DNA of 64,000 bases from an uncultured bacterium. Lineage in GTDB: Bacteria; Hydrothermota; UBA3073; NMUJ01; CBEVQO01. Under the pieces are notes generated by a model that saw nothing but the letters and a program-made list of their open reading frames with translations, searched no databases and was not told the origin of the DNA. Where the stretch lies: NCBI GenBank assembly GCA_965552055.1, contig CBEVQO010000001.1, positions 320,001 through 384,000 on the forward strand. Direction: 5' to 3'. Position 1 is the first letter of the stretch. Each line of letters begins with the position of its first letter. Of the stretch, positions 41,977 to 52,567 are shown in pieces. The translations under genes and the position numbers were made by a program.

Positions 41977-42725
41977 AAGGATTGATAGAATTTTCTCCAC
42001 TCGACCTTATTGACATAGGAGTAGTAGCAGTACTGATTTACATTTTCCTGAATTTCATAAAAGGAACAATGGGAATTCAGATGTTAATTGGTCTTGTTAT
42101 AATAATTCTTGTGATATTTACTGGAAGTTTATTTGGTTTACCAACTTTAACATGGCTTGGTAAGGGCCTCGGTATTGCCTGGATAGTGCTTTTTGCAATT
42201 TTATTTCAAAACGAACTGAAATATGCATTTGCTAAGATGGGTTCTCGTCGTTTCTGGCGTAAGTTTTTTCGTGGAGAAGCACAAATTGATGTCGTAAAGG
42301 AGATAGTGGATGCTGCATTCGAAATAAGAGCACATGGAATAGGTGCACTTATAGTTATAGAAAGAGCGGTTTCACTTGAAAACATTGTAAGAAGTGGCAG
42401 ACCTTTACAGGCACTTGTATCAAGTGATTTGATATCAACGATTTTCACTCCATACTCGCCTTTGCATGATGGAGCGATCGTGATAAGAGGCGATATGATA
42501 GTTGCAGCAGGTTGTATTCTTCCAATCTCCGATAATCCAAGGATTGACAGAAGATATGGTATGAGACACAGAGCAGCTGTGGGTATCACAGAGCAAACAG
42601 ATGCAATTTGTGTGGTCGTATCAGAAGAAACAGGTCAGGTATCCTTTGTGCAAAGTGGACAACTGATACCGATAAAGAAAAGAGAAGAGCTAAGAAATAT
42701 GCTGAATTCTGCCCTACCGGGATGA
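41973..42725 (+). CDS. cdaA: Diadenylate cyclase CdaA
   Basis: Three N-terminal TM helices, SPLHDGA, GMRHRAA, VSEETG. Confidence 0.95.
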   Translation: MKGLIEFSPLDLIDIGVVAVLIYIFLNFIKGTMGIQMLIGLVIIILVIFTGSLFGLPTLTWLGKGLGIAWIVLFAILFQNELKYAFAKMGSRRFWRKFFRGEAQIDVVKEIVDAAFEIRAHGIGALIVIERAVSLENIVRSGRPLQALVSSDLISTIFTPYSPLHDGAIVIRGDMIVAAGCILPISDNPRIDRRYGMRHRAAVGITEQTDAICVVVSEETGQVSFVQSGQLIPIKKREELRNMLNSALPG

Positions 42726-42780
42726 TTGAAAAATTAATTGACATTATCAAAAATTCAATAAAAAGGAAAGATAAAAGGGG

Positions 42781-45627
42781 GTGATGATGCTCTGGGGTTT
42801 CCTGATAACATTTGTAATATCATTTGTCGTTTATCTTTATGCGATGGCTCCTTCTGCATCTTTCTGGGATTGCGGTGAGTATTTGTCATGCGCTTATTGC
42901 CTTGGAGTACCGCATCCTCCTGGTGCACCCTTAAATGTAATACTGCGAAAGTTCTTTATGCTTGTGATACCTTTCTGGCGTGATTACGCAGCGAGGTCAA
43001 ACTTTATGTCGGTAATAATGTCGGCATTCGCAGTGGGACTCCTTTACATCTTTGCCTATAAGATATGTAAAAGTATTTTTGCGAAGCGTGAAGAAGAAAA
43101 AGAAGATAGATTAAACAAAATTTTACCACATGCCTGTGCGATAGCAGGGGCTCTGGCAGCGGGCTTTTCTTTCTCATTCTGGCATAATGCAGTGGAATCA
43201 GAGGCATATGCACCTGCCACATTCTTTTTAATACTGGCACTGTGGCTCGCACTTTTATGGGAAGAAAATCGCAATCCAAGATTTTTAATATTATCTGGGT
43301 ATGTGATGGTGCTCGGGATGCAGGTGCACTGGATGGCTCTGCTTGCTATGGTGCCAGTTGTATTCCATTACCTTTATTCAAAAAGAAAAGAGATAAGGAA
43401 AACAGAAAACAAAAACGCCTTTTTTGAATGGATTAGAATTTATCTTATTGGTATCGTTATCTTTGTGATATTTATCGCATTACCTGTTACAAGAGCGTTA
43501 GAAGTGCCGCTTAAAGAAGCGGTATTTGGGAGTCTCGGTATAGTGCTGGGAATGATACTCATGCATATCGCAGTGCAGTGGATGGAACTTAAATACGAAA
43601 AGAAAATGTTCTTAATCTCTTTGATCCTCATAATAGCGGGACTATCAATTTACTTTTATTTGCTTATAAGAGCAAGGCACTATCCTGAAATAAATGAATG
43701 TGAGCCAACAACTTTAAGAGCTTTGTGGGATGTATTCACAAGGAAACAATATGGTCCGGAGAAAGCTTTGAGTTTATTCAAAAGAAAAACCTGCATAAAA
43801 ACAGGTTATCCATTTATCGTTGGATTATTCTGGCAGATACATTTTTATCTTAAATACGCAAACTGGCAGTGGCTACCATGGCCAAGAGAGGCAGTATTCG
43901 GAGGATACGAAACTTCCACCATAATCCAGAAATTATCGGTATTTGGAACAACAGTAATGGCATTGACATCAATTTACGGAATTTATAACACATTTAAATA
44001 TAACAAAAAATTATTCATCCTTATATTTGGTGCATATTTCATGACAAGTTTTGCCCTGATATTCTATATGAATTACAAATTCGCACCTTCTGACCCGAAT
44101 CCTATGCATCAACCAAGGGAAGTGAGGGAGCGTCAGTATTTCTTCGGACCTGCATCAGCACTGCTAAGCCTATTTATAGGCGTGGGAATTTATTCATTAA
44201 TCCTTGATATTAGAAAATATCTTAGAAAAGCATCTCTAATACTGCTCGGAATGGGAATTGTCCCATTAATATCAAACTGGCATTCTCATGCAAATAGACA
44301 CAAAAATTATATTTGCTCTGAATATGGTAAAAATATGCTACTATCATGCGATAAAAACGCTGTGTTATACACAAATGGGGATAATGATACATTCCCATTA
44401 TGGTTCGCCCAAACAGTTTTGGGAGTAAGAAAAGATGTAAAGATAGCAAATTTATCACTATTAAACACAAACTGGTATATAAAACAATTAAAAAGAAGAG
44501 GCGCACCTATAAGCTTATCGGACTTCCAGATAGATAATCTAAATCCATTGCCTGCTATGAAAGATGGTAAAATGGTGAAAGGACAAATTTTATATGTAAA
44601 AGATATCGCAATAAGAGATATGGTAGCGACGAACGCTGGGTTGAAATTCGAGCCAAAATTACTTCTACCTGTGATGGTAAATACATTGCCAAAGAAATAT
44701 AGAAAATTATTTAAAGGAAGAGACATCATTTATCCACGGGAATATGTAAGAATACTACCAAAAGAATACTGGTTCAGATTGCCAGAAGAATATCTGTTAC
44801 CAAAAGGTGAATTCGAAGATTTAGTTCTATCCAGGGGATACAAAGGTAAAATACCGATTTATTTTGCAGTAACGGTATCCGAAGAAAATACAAAGGGCTA
44901 TAATAAATACTTAAGAATGGAAGGACTTGTTAGAAGAATTGTGCCAAAAGAAGAGGCAGGATTTTCCATAGAAAAATCCGAGAGTTTATTATACAAAGTG
45001 TATAGATATGATTCTGCTCTTGACCCCGAAGTGTATAAAGATAAAAATATAAAGCGTCTTTTATCGAATTATGCTGCTATATTCTGGGCGCTCGGACAGG
45101 CATATTACAGAAAAGGAGATATAGATAATGCAATAAAAGCATTTGAATTTGGGAGACAATTTAAAACATCACAGAAAATACCATTTGACCACTATCTCGC
45201 AGTATTGTATATGGAAAAAAGAGACACTGCAAATGCGATAAAATATTTGAAATCAGCAGAAAATATAAAGAGTGCTGAAGGATGGTATCTGCTCGGAGAA
45301 TTTTATTTAGAAGAAAATAGAAAAAATTATAGGGCAGCGGAAAATGCATTTAAAAATGCAGTAAAGGCAAATCCCAAAAATCCAATAGGTTATGTTGGAT
45401 TGTTAAGAATTTATAAAGAAACGAATCAAGGTAAAAAGCTTGATTCAATAATTTCAAAATGTGTGGATAATGCTAAACTTGCTGGTAAAATCCTGGGATT
45501 TGCTATCGCTGAAAAATATTATGATATTGCAGAAAAACTGGTAAGAAAATGGCTCAAAAAGCATCCTTATGATAGAAATGCTAAAAAATTGCTCGATAGT
45601 TTAAAAACATTAAAAAGGAGGGGATGA
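42781..45627 (+). CDS. DUF2723 (TMEM260-like, putative GT-C glycosyltransferase) membrane protein with TPR tail
   Basis: SFWDCGEY..GVPHPPGAPL, AVESEAY, TNGDNDTFPLW; many TM helices; TPR-like C-terminus. Confidence 0.85.
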   Translation: MMMLWGFLITFVISFVVYLYAMAPSASFWDCGEYLSCAYCLGVPHPPGAPLNVILRKFFMLVIPFWRDYAARSNFMSVIMSAFAVGLLYIFAYKICKSIFAKREEEKEDRLNKILPHACAIAGALAAGFSFSFWHNAVESEAYAPATFFLILALWLALLWEENRNPRFLILSGYVMVLGMQVHWMALLAMVPVVFHYLYSKRKEIRKTENKNAFFEWIRIYLIGIVIFVIFIALPVTRALEVPLKEAVFGSLGIVLGMILMHIAVQWMELKYEKKMFLISLILIIAGLSIYFYLLIRARHYPEINECEPTTLRALWDVFTRKQYGPEKALSLFKRKTCIKTGYPFIVGLFWQIHFYLKYANWQWLPWPREAVFGGYETSTIIQKLSVFGTTVMALTSIYGIYNTFKYNKKLFILIFGAYFMTSFALIFYMNYKFAPSDPNPMHQPREVRERQYFFGPASALLSLFIGVGIYSLILDIRKYLRKASLILLGMGIVPLISNWHSHANRHKNYICSEYGKNMLLSCDKNAVLYTNGDNDTFPLWFAQTVLGVRKDVKIANLSLLNTNWYIKQLKRRGAPISLSDFQIDNLNPLPAMKDGKMVKGQILYVKDIAIRDMVATNAGLKFEPKLLLPVMVNTLPKKYRKLFKGRDIIYPREYVRILPKEYWFRLPEEYLLPKGEFEDLVLSRGYKGKIPIYFAVTVSEENTKGYNKYLRMEGLVRRIVPKEEAGFSIEKSESLLYKVYRYDSALDPEVYKDKNIKRLLSNYAAIFWALGQAYYRKGDIDNAIKAFEFGRQFKTSQKIPFDHYLAVLYMEKRDTANAIKYLKSAENIKSAEGWYLLGEFYLEENRKNYRAAENAFKNAVKANPKNPIGYVGLLRIYKETNQGKKLDSIISKCVDNAKLAGKILGFAIAEKYYDIAEKLVRKWLKKHPYDRNAKKLLDSLKTLKRRG

Positions 45628-46277
45628 TGAGAGTAAAATTTCTGGGACATGCAACTTTCCTGATAGAGTCAAAAGAGGGGACAAAAATAATAACAGACCC
45701 CTATAAGCCGGGAGCATACGGAAGCCTTAACTATAAACCCATTCCTTACGAGGCAGATATCGTTACTGTGAGCCATGAACATGATGACCATAACTATGTG
45801 GATGGAGTAAAAGGAAATCCAGAAGTTGTAAAGGGCACAGGCGAAAAAGAAATCAAAGGAATGAAATTTAAAGGAATTCAAACTTTCCACGATAAATCAG
45901 GAGGTAAAGAAAGGGGATTAAATACCGTCTTTGTAATGGATATAGATGGATTCAAAGTTTGTCATCTGGGGGACATTGGAGATACTCCAACAGATGCCCA
46001 ATTTTCAGAGATAGGAAAAGTAGATGTACTCTTAATACCGGTAGGAGGGCATTTCACGGTAGAACCCGATGAAGCATGGCAAATAGCACAAAGAATAGCA
46101 CCAAAAGTAATAATACCCATGCATTTCAAAACAGAAGCAATAGGTTTTCCGATAAAGCCCGTTGATGATTTCATAAGGGGAAAAGAAAATGTCAAAAAAC
46201 TGGGTAAATGCGAAGTGGAAATTACACAATTGCCAGAAAAAACAGAAATATGGGTGCTCGAACCTGAATTGAAATAA
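45624..46277 (+). CDS. MBL-fold metallo-hydrolase
   Basis: FLGHATF, SHEHDDH, HLGD, IPMHF. Confidence 0.9.
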   Translation: MMRVKFLGHATFLIESKEGTKIITDPYKPGAYGSLNYKPIPYEADIVTVSHEHDDHNYVDGVKGNPEVVKGTGEKEIKGMKFKGIQTFHDKSGGKERGLNTVFVMDIDGFKVCHLGDIGDTPTDAQFSEIGKVDVLLIPVGGHFTVEPDEAWQIAQRIAPKVIIPMHFKTEAIGFPIKPVDDFIRGKENVKKLGKCEVEITQLPEKTEIWVLEPELK

Positions 46278-46294
46278 TTGAAAAATAAAAGGAG

Positions 46295-47233
46295 GTGAAA
46301 ATGGTAGACGGATTAAAAATCATCATAGGAAGGTCTAACCCTGAATTAGGCAAAGAAATTGCAGAATATCTGGGAGTGAAACCAACCGATGTTATAATAA
46401 AGGAATTTTCAGATGGAGAGATATTTGTGAAGATAAACGAAAATATAAGAGGAATGGATGTATTTATAATTCAATCAACACATCCACCAGCGGAAAACAT
46501 AATGGAATTGCTATTGTTGATTGACGCTGCTAAAAGAGCATCTGCACAGAGAGTAACAGCGGTCATCCCCTATTTTGGATACGCAAGACAGGATAAAAAA
46601 GATGAACCCCGTGTACCTATATCTGCAAAACTTATGGCAAATCTCTTAACTACAGCAGGAGCAGATAGAATTTTAACAATAGACCTGCATGCAGCACAAA
46701 TTCAGGGCTTCTTCGATATACCGGTTGACCATCTCCTATCAACACCCGTTATAATCGAAACTTTTAAAGATATAGCAAAAGATGACCTCGTAATAGTAGC
46801 TCCTGATGCAGGAGGAGCAAAGAGGGCACATGAGATAGCAAAGAAAATGGGAGACTTATCGATGGCGATAGTTGATAAAAGAAGACCTGCACCAAATCTA
46901 TCTTATGTAACTTATGTTGTTGGAGATGTGAAAGATAAAAATGTGCTTATAGTTGATGATATTGTAGATACTGCAGGCACACTCACAGGAGCAGCTCAGG
47001 CATTAAAAGATTCGGGTGCAAAAAAGGTTATGGCTTTCTGCACGCATCCTGTATTATCGGGAAAGGCAAAAGAAAGGATAGAGAGTTCACCTATAGAAAA
47101 ATTGTATGTAGCAAATACAATACCTTTAAAATGGAAATCAAAGAAAATAGTTCAGGTGTCGCTCGCAAAGTTGTTCGGCGAAGCAATAAGACGAATCCAT
47201 AACGAAGAATCCGTTAGCTCACTATTTGTGTAA
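46295..47233 (+). CDS. prs: Ribose-phosphate pyrophosphokinase
   Basis: FSDGE, PYFGYARQD, DLHAAQIQGFF, PDAGG, VDDIVDTAGT. Confidence 0.97.
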   Translation: MKMVDGLKIIIGRSNPELGKEIAEYLGVKPTDVIIKEFSDGEIFVKINENIRGMDVFIIQSTHPPAENIMELLLLIDAAKRASAQRVTAVIPYFGYARQDKKDEPRVPISAKLMANLLTTAGADRILTIDLHAAQIQGFFDIPVDHLLSTPVIIETFKDIAKDDLVIVAPDAGGAKRAHEIAKKMGDLSMAIVDKRRPAPNLSYVTYVVGDVKDKNVLIVDDIVDTAGTLTGAAQALKDSGAKKVMAFCTHPVLSGKAKERIESSPIEKLYVANTIPLKWKSKKIVQVSLAKLFGEAIRRIHNEESVSSLFV

Positions 47234-47242
47234 AGAGACAAA

Positions 47243-47668
47243 ATGAGGGAAATACAGGCAAAAATAAAATTAATAAATTATGAGGATATGGAATTATATG
47301 CAGAAGGTTCGATAAAAGATACACAAATAAGAGTGGTAGAAGAAGAAGGCATAATTGACACTAATTTAAGACGCCTCATCATACCAAGAAGAATCTTCGA
47401 AAAACTTGGCTTAAGAAAAATCGACGAAGTTGAAGTTACTTATGCGGACGGAAGAAAGGAAAAGAAAACAGTCGCCTCCGTAGTGATAGTGGAAATAAAA
47501 GGAAGAAAGGCATACACCACACCGATAGTTGAAGAAAATGACAAAATACTGATCGGCAACCCAATTCTCGAAGAGATGGATTTCTATATCGATACCGTAA
47601 CAGGGGAGATAAAGCCGCGCCACCCCGAGGCAAAAGGTCCGGTTGAATTTATAGGGAGTGTAAAATGA
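47243..47668 (+). CDS. Clan AA (retropepsin-like) aspartic protease homolog, copy 1
   Basis: GIIDTNLRRLII (DTG-like site), YADGR, ILIGNPILEEMD. Confidence 0.7.
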   Translation: MREIQAKIKLINYEDMELYAEGSIKDTQIRVVEEEGIIDTNLRRLIIPRRIFEKLGLRKIDEVEVTYADGRKEKKTVASVVIVEIKGRKAYTTPIVEENDKILIGNPILEEMDFYIDTVTGEIKPRHPEAKGPVEFIGSVK

Positions 47669-48117
47669 GAGAAATACAGGCAAAAATAAAATTAATAAAT
47701 TATGAGGATATGGAATTATATGCAGAAGGTTCGATAAAAGATACACAAATAAGAGTGGTAGAAGAAGAAGGCATAATTGACACTAATTTAAGACGCCTCA
47801 TCATACCAAGAAGAATCTTCGAAAAACTTGGCTTAAGAAAAATCGACGAAGTTGAAGTTACTTATGCGGACGGAAGAAAGGAAAAGAAAACAGTCGCCTC
47901 CGTAGTGATAGTGGAAATAAAAGGAAGAAAGGCATACACCACACCGATAGTTGAAGAAAATGACAAAATACTGATCGGCAACCCAATTCTCGAAGAGATG
48001 GATTTCTATGTCGATGCCGTAACAGGGGAGATAAAGCCACGCCACCCCGAGGCAAAAGGTCCGGTAGCGTATATCGAACAAATGAAAGAAATTTCAACAG
48101 GAGGTAAAAATGGATAA
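47665..48117 (+). CDS. Clan AA aspartic protease homolog, copy 2
   Basis: Near-identical tandem copy offset by 422 bp; different C-terminal tail. Confidence 0.7.
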   Translation: MREIQAKIKLINYEDMELYAEGSIKDTQIRVVEEEGIIDTNLRRLIIPRRIFEKLGLRKIDEVEVTYADGRKEKKTVASVVIVEIKGRKAYTTPIVEENDKILIGNPILEEMDFYVDAVTGEIKPRHPEAKGPVAYIEQMKEISTGGKNG

Positions 48118-48310
48118 AACAAAAATCCTAATAGGACATATCTTTTTGATTGCAGGATGTATACTCCTAACTTGGGGGCTTTACCTTTTACCCTATTCAA
48201 AGCCCACCTTCATAGACATTTTCACAAGACCGCTTTTCTGGGGACTAATATCAATATTCGGAGGAATTTGTGCAATATTCCATGGCTTCTGCAAATGCAC
48301 AAAAACATAA
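48110..48310 (+). CDS. Small two-TM membrane protein (66 aa)
   Basis: GGAGG RBS, two hydrophobic helices, C-terminal CxC. Confidence 0.6.
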   Translation: MDKTKILIGHIFLIAGCILLTWGLYLLPYSKPTFIDIFTRPLFWGLISIFGGICAIFHGFCKCTKT

Positions 48311-49905
48311 AAAAATTATTAAACGAAAAGATTAAAAAATTATCAGGAATAGATAAATTCGAAATACTGGAGCCAAAAAGAGAATTCGGCGATTACTCAA
48401 CAAATATCGCATTGAAAGCAGGAAAAGGTAGAGAAAAAGAATTCGCAGATGAATTCATAAAAAAACTAAAAGAAGATAAAGAAATAAGTAAAATCTTCGA
48501 CAAAATAGAATTCGTAAAAGGTTACATAAACTTCCATTTCAAAAAAGAATTTTTGCAAAAAACAATAAAAGAGATAGATGAAAATTTTGGTAGAGAAAAC
48601 CTTGGCAAAGGACAAAAAGTTTTGTTTGAATTTGTATCCGCAAATCCAACAGGTCCCCTAAATGTGGCAAACGGCAGAGCAGCAGCGATAGGTGACTCGC
48701 TCGTAAGAATTTACAGATTCCTGGGGTGGGATGCACACTCAGAATATTATGTAAACGATACAGGAAGACAGATAAGACTGCTGGGAGAATCACTCAAAGC
48801 ACGATATAAACAATTAAAGGGAGAGGATATACCCTTGCCAGAAAATGGATACAAAGGCGAATACATTATAGAAGATGCAAAATTATTGCTGGAAATGGAA
48901 AAAAATGGAGAGTTACCGGATTTCACAGAATTCGAAGTAGAAAGAAGAATAGAAGACCACAGAGAAACACTAAAAGAAATGGGCGTAGAATACGATAAAT
49001 GGATAAGAGAAAGCCAGATTGTAAAAGAAGGAAGGGCAGATGAAGTTCTACAAAAACTCAGAGAAAAAGGACTCACTTATGAGAAAGAAGGAGCAATTTA
49101 TTTCAAAGCAAAAGATTTCGGAGATAAAAGAGATAGAGTACTGGTGAAAAGTGATGGAGAATATACATATTTACTGAAAGATATAGCCTATCATATATAC
49201 AAATTTGAGAGAGGATACGAAATTCTATACGATTTATTGGGACCCGATCACATCGACCAGTTTATATCGGTACAGGCAGGATTAAGAGCACTAGGTTACC
49301 CAGCAGAAAATGTAAAACTATTGATAATACAATGGACTACATTGATAGAGAGAAAAGAAGGCGAAAAAGTAAAAGTAGGGATGTCAAAAAGAGAAGGCAA
49401 ACTGGTAGAACTACATGACCTTATAAAAGAAGTAGGCAAAGATGCAGCAAGATTTTTCTATGTGATGAGAAGACCAGAAAAACATCTGGAATTCGATGTG
49501 GAACTCGCGAAAAAAGAAGCAAAAGAAAATCCTGTATATTATGTAATGTATGCATATGCAAGAATAAGGAGTATATTCAGAAAGTTAAAGGAAGAAGGTA
49601 TAGAGGTAAATTATAGGGATGCGGATACATCGCTCCTCAACGCACAGGAAGAGATAGAATTAATGCGAAAATTAATGCATTTCCCGGAAATTGTAGAGTT
49701 ATCGGCAAAACAATTATCGCCACATAATATAGCATTTTATCTGATAGAACTGGCGACACTATTTCACAACTATTATGAGAAGCATAGAGTTATACAGAAA
49801 GATATAGATATAATGTCGGCACGCCTTTTATTATGTGAAAAAATAGGGTATGTAATAAAAACAGGATTAAATCTTTTAGGTATAGAGCCTCCGGAAAAAA
49901 TGTAA
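48295..49905 (+). CDS. argS: Arginyl-tRNA synthetase
   Basis: FGDYSTN, EFVSANPTGPL, YYVNDTGRQ, MSKREG, NPVYYVMYAYARI, LGIEPPEKM; start placed at ATG 48295. Confidence 0.95.
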   Translation: MHKNIKKLLNEKIKKLSGIDKFEILEPKREFGDYSTNIALKAGKGREKEFADEFIKKLKEDKEISKIFDKIEFVKGYINFHFKKEFLQKTIKEIDENFGRENLGKGQKVLFEFVSANPTGPLNVANGRAAAIGDSLVRIYRFLGWDAHSEYYVNDTGRQIRLLGESLKARYKQLKGEDIPLPENGYKGEYIIEDAKLLLEMEKNGELPDFTEFEVERRIEDHRETLKEMGVEYDKWIRESQIVKEGRADEVLQKLREKGLTYEKEGAIYFKAKDFGDKRDRVLVKSDGEYTYLLKDIAYHIYKFERGYEILYDLLGPDHIDQFISVQAGLRALGYPAENVKLLIIQWTTLIERKEGEKVKVGMSKREGKLVELHDLIKEVGKDAARFFYVMRRPEKHLEFDVELAKKEAKENPVYYVMYAYARIRSIFRKLKEEGIEVNYRDADTSLLNAQEEIELMRKLMHFPEIVELSAKQLSPHNIAFYLIELATLFHNYYEKHRVIQKDIDIMSARLLLCEKIGYVIKTGLNLLGIEPPEKM

Positions 49906-49906
49906 A

Positions 49907-50632
49907 ATGAGGATTGTGATTGAATTTAAAAACGAAATATTTTTGCCCTTTAAGCATTACAATCATATTTTGCAATCTTTCATTTATCGTAATTTGCCGA
50001 AAAATCTGGCAAAATTCCTGCATGAGGAGGGCTTCTCACATGGTAAACGCAAATTCAAACTATTTACATTCTCAAGATTAATAGGCAAATCAAAAATAAA
50101 AGACGAATTCATAAAAATTTCACCACCTGTTTCACTAAAAATATCCTCCCCTCAGAAAGAATTCATTATTGGTTTAATAAACGAAATAATGAAGAAGCAA
50201 AAGTTAAAAATAGGTGAAAACGAAGTAGAAATCGACAATATAAGAGTAGAACAAAAGCCACAATTTGAGAGTATAACAAAAATAAAGATGCTATCACCCA
50301 TGACTGTATATAGCACATTCAAAAAGGAAGGTAAAAAGAAGCAATATTTTTACAATCCGAAGGAAAAAGACTTCTCAAGACTCATTGAAGAAAACCTGAA
50401 AAAGAAATACAAAGCTTTTTATGGTAAAGATATAGAGGGTAGATTGGAGGTTTATCCCTTACATATAGATAGTAAAGATTTAAAGATTGTATATTTTAAA
50501 GGCACGGTTATAAAGGGATGGATGGGCAGGTATGAGTTAAGGGGCGATGAGAGATTGATGTCATGGGCATGGGAGGTGGGTCTTGGTGCGAAAAACTCCC
50601 AGGGCTTCGGCATGTTCGAAGTAATCAGATAA
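49907..50632 (+). CDS. cas6: CRISPR endoribonuclease Cas6
   Basis: FKLFTFSRL, LSPMTVYST, GLGAKNSQGFG glycine-rich loop. Confidence 0.95.
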   Translation: MRIVIEFKNEIFLPFKHYNHILQSFIYRNLPKNLAKFLHEEGFSHGKRKFKLFTFSRLIGKSKIKDEFIKISPPVSLKISSPQKEFIIGLINEIMKKQKLKIGENEVEIDNIRVEQKPQFESITKIKMLSPMTVYSTFKKEGKKKQYFYNPKEKDFSRLIEENLKKKYKAFYGKDIEGRLEVYPLHIDSKDLKIVYFKGTVIKGWMGRYELRGDERLMSWAWEVGLGAKNSQGFGMFEVIR

Positions 50633-50686
50633 ATTTTTTGGAAATTTTTTACTTGACAAACTGAGAATTTAAATTATAAAAGAAAG

Positions 50687-52567
50687 ATGAGGGTTGAAGA
50701 AAAAATTAAAGAAAGAAGAAAAAGTGAAAGAGAAGGAAAGGAGCTTCAATTTACTGGTAATTGGTTTATTGACGCAGGGATTTTAGGATTTGTAAATTTA
50801 ATGGAAGAAGTTTATGAGTGGGATTTAGATGAATTACAAGATAAACTTAAAGATGATTCTGAAATTGTGTATTATGCTTACTTTCCATTCGCATATTTTT
50901 ATAAACTTTCCGGGAAAGAAAACAAAGCTATTAAGGAAAAATTTATTAAATTTATTACTAAGAACCAAAATTTGAATGGCGAAAAAATTTTAGAAGAAAT
51001 TTGGTGGAATTTTATTACCAAACTTTTTAAAGAAAGATGGACAAGAGAGAGATTAGAAAAAATGCATGAATCAGAGTGCTTTCAGAAAAATGGAAAGCTA
51101 AACTCTTTATTTAACGACGAAACATACATAAATTTAGTGAAGGATAGAGAAAAGATGTTAAATGAATTAGTAACAAATGAAGAAGAAAATCTTAAAAAAA
51201 TCTTGGAAAAACGAAAGTTAAAAAATAAAAAAGGGCATAACTTATCTCTTAAGGATATTGAAGCAATAGAAAAAAGGTTAAAAGAATTCACAAAAAACAA
51301 CAAATTCTACGAAATTGCTAATAAAGTTATAAAAAAGCATAAAGAACTTGAAAAATATTTAAATGAATGCTGGAATAAAATAAATCCAGAGAAAATTTGC
51401 GAAGAAAAATTTTATAGAATCCCTGTTGATAGTCGTTTTTTTAAAAACTTTGCATTTTTTAACCCTTCAAAAGGAATCCTTAGTCAATTAAAAGAATTGA
51501 AAAATCTTATTGCAGGTAATACAGAAAGTAAAAGTTTACAGACACTTAATAAAGATATCAATAAATTTTTGCCTTCAGATAATAAATTCCCAAATATTTC
51601 TTATACACCTTTACGAACCAAAGAACTTGTGAAACGCATTCCTCATTTGTTTGTTTATTTGATTAATTTCTTGAACGCTTTTACGGAAATAAAAATGAAA
51701 AATGATACCATGAAAGTTTTCTTCTATAGCAATGATTTGCGTTTCGCTTACCTTGTGAATAAAAAAATAAAAGAATACATGAACAGAGTTAAGGGGCGTA
51801 ATTATTCAATTATATTAAATGTAACTTGGAACGCAGTAATAGATACTTTTACCGAAACCGAGTCAATTTGGAGTTTAGAAAACATGTATTTAATAAAATA
51901 CAAAAAAATAGAAAAACAAGATTTAATCGGAGTAGAATACATTGGAATCCCAAAGCTTCAAGCTAGTGTGATAAAAGACGAGGTACTTAGAAAACATTTA
52001 AATGTAGAACTCCCTGTAAAAGTATCTAATAATGAGAAACAAAGTATATGGATGCTCATGGAATTTATAAAAAATAATCCCTTATTACCCTATCTTACGC
52101 AGTATGTGCATATTTACTTAACTGATAAAATAGAAGAAGATAGATGTCCGGTAGGTTCGCTTGTTTATATAAATATGACAGACTCTAAAATAAAAGAATT
52201 TAAAAGAGATGAAAAAGTATTCAGCGAAAATTTCTTTGAAAGATATAAACAAATTGTAGAAGAAATAAAAAGTGATGCCAAATGGAGTTTTGGCATAAGA
52301 AAAATTTTCGCTGAACTATTTGAAAATTTAGATGAAAGAAAAAGATATGCAAATCTTTTATTAAACATAATTAAGAAAGGCAACAAGTATCATTTTGTAA
52401 ATACATTGTTAAAGATCTTTACTGCAAAGAAGGATAAAAATATAGATATCAAAAAATTAATTAATTTCACTTTTAATAAAATTCTCTTTAATGACACAAG
52501 CTGGAAAAATTATGCTTTTATTTTTATCACTGGTTTGTTAAAAGGAGGGGAAGATGAGGGAAAATGA
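50687..52567 (+). CDS. cas8: Type I-B large subunit (Cas8b/Cst1-like)
   Basis: FTGNWFIDAGILGF N-terminal motif, FFKNFAFFN; position before cas7; helical C-terminal domain. Confidence 0.8.
   Translation: MRVEEKIKERRKSEREGKELQFTGNWFIDAGILGFVNLMEEVYEWDLDELQDKLKDDSEIVYYAYFPFAYFYKLSGKENKAIKEKFIKFITKNQNLNGEKILEEIWWNFITKLFKERWTRERLEKMHESECFQKNGKLNSLFNDETYINLVKDREKMLNELVTNEEENLKKILEKRKLKNKKGHNLSLKDIEAIEKRLKEFTKNNKFYEIANKVIKKHKELEKYLNECWNKINPEKICEEKFYRIPVDSRFFKNFAFFNPSKGILSQLKELKNLIAGNTESKSLQTLNKDINKFLPSDNKFPNISYTPLRTKELVKRIPHLFVYLINFLNAFTEIKMKNDTMKVFFYSNDLRFAYLVNKKIKEYMNRVKGRNYSIILNVTWNAVIDTFTETESIWSLENMYLIKYKKIEKQDLIGVEYIGIPKLQASVIKDEVLRKHLNVELPVKVSNNEKQSIWMLMEFIKNNPLLPYLTQYVHIYLTDKIEEDRCPVGSLVYINMTDSKIKEFKRDEKVFSENFFERYKQIVEEIKSDAKWSFGIRKIFAELFENLDERKRYANLLLNIIKKGNKYHFVNTLLKIFTAKKDKNIDIKKLINFTFNKILFNDTSWKNYAFIFITGLLKGGEDEGK

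Noticed and set aside
41973..42725. Diadenylate cyclase as part of CRISPR second-messenger signalling
   Set aside because: Sits in the common ftsH-folP-cdaA housekeeping context
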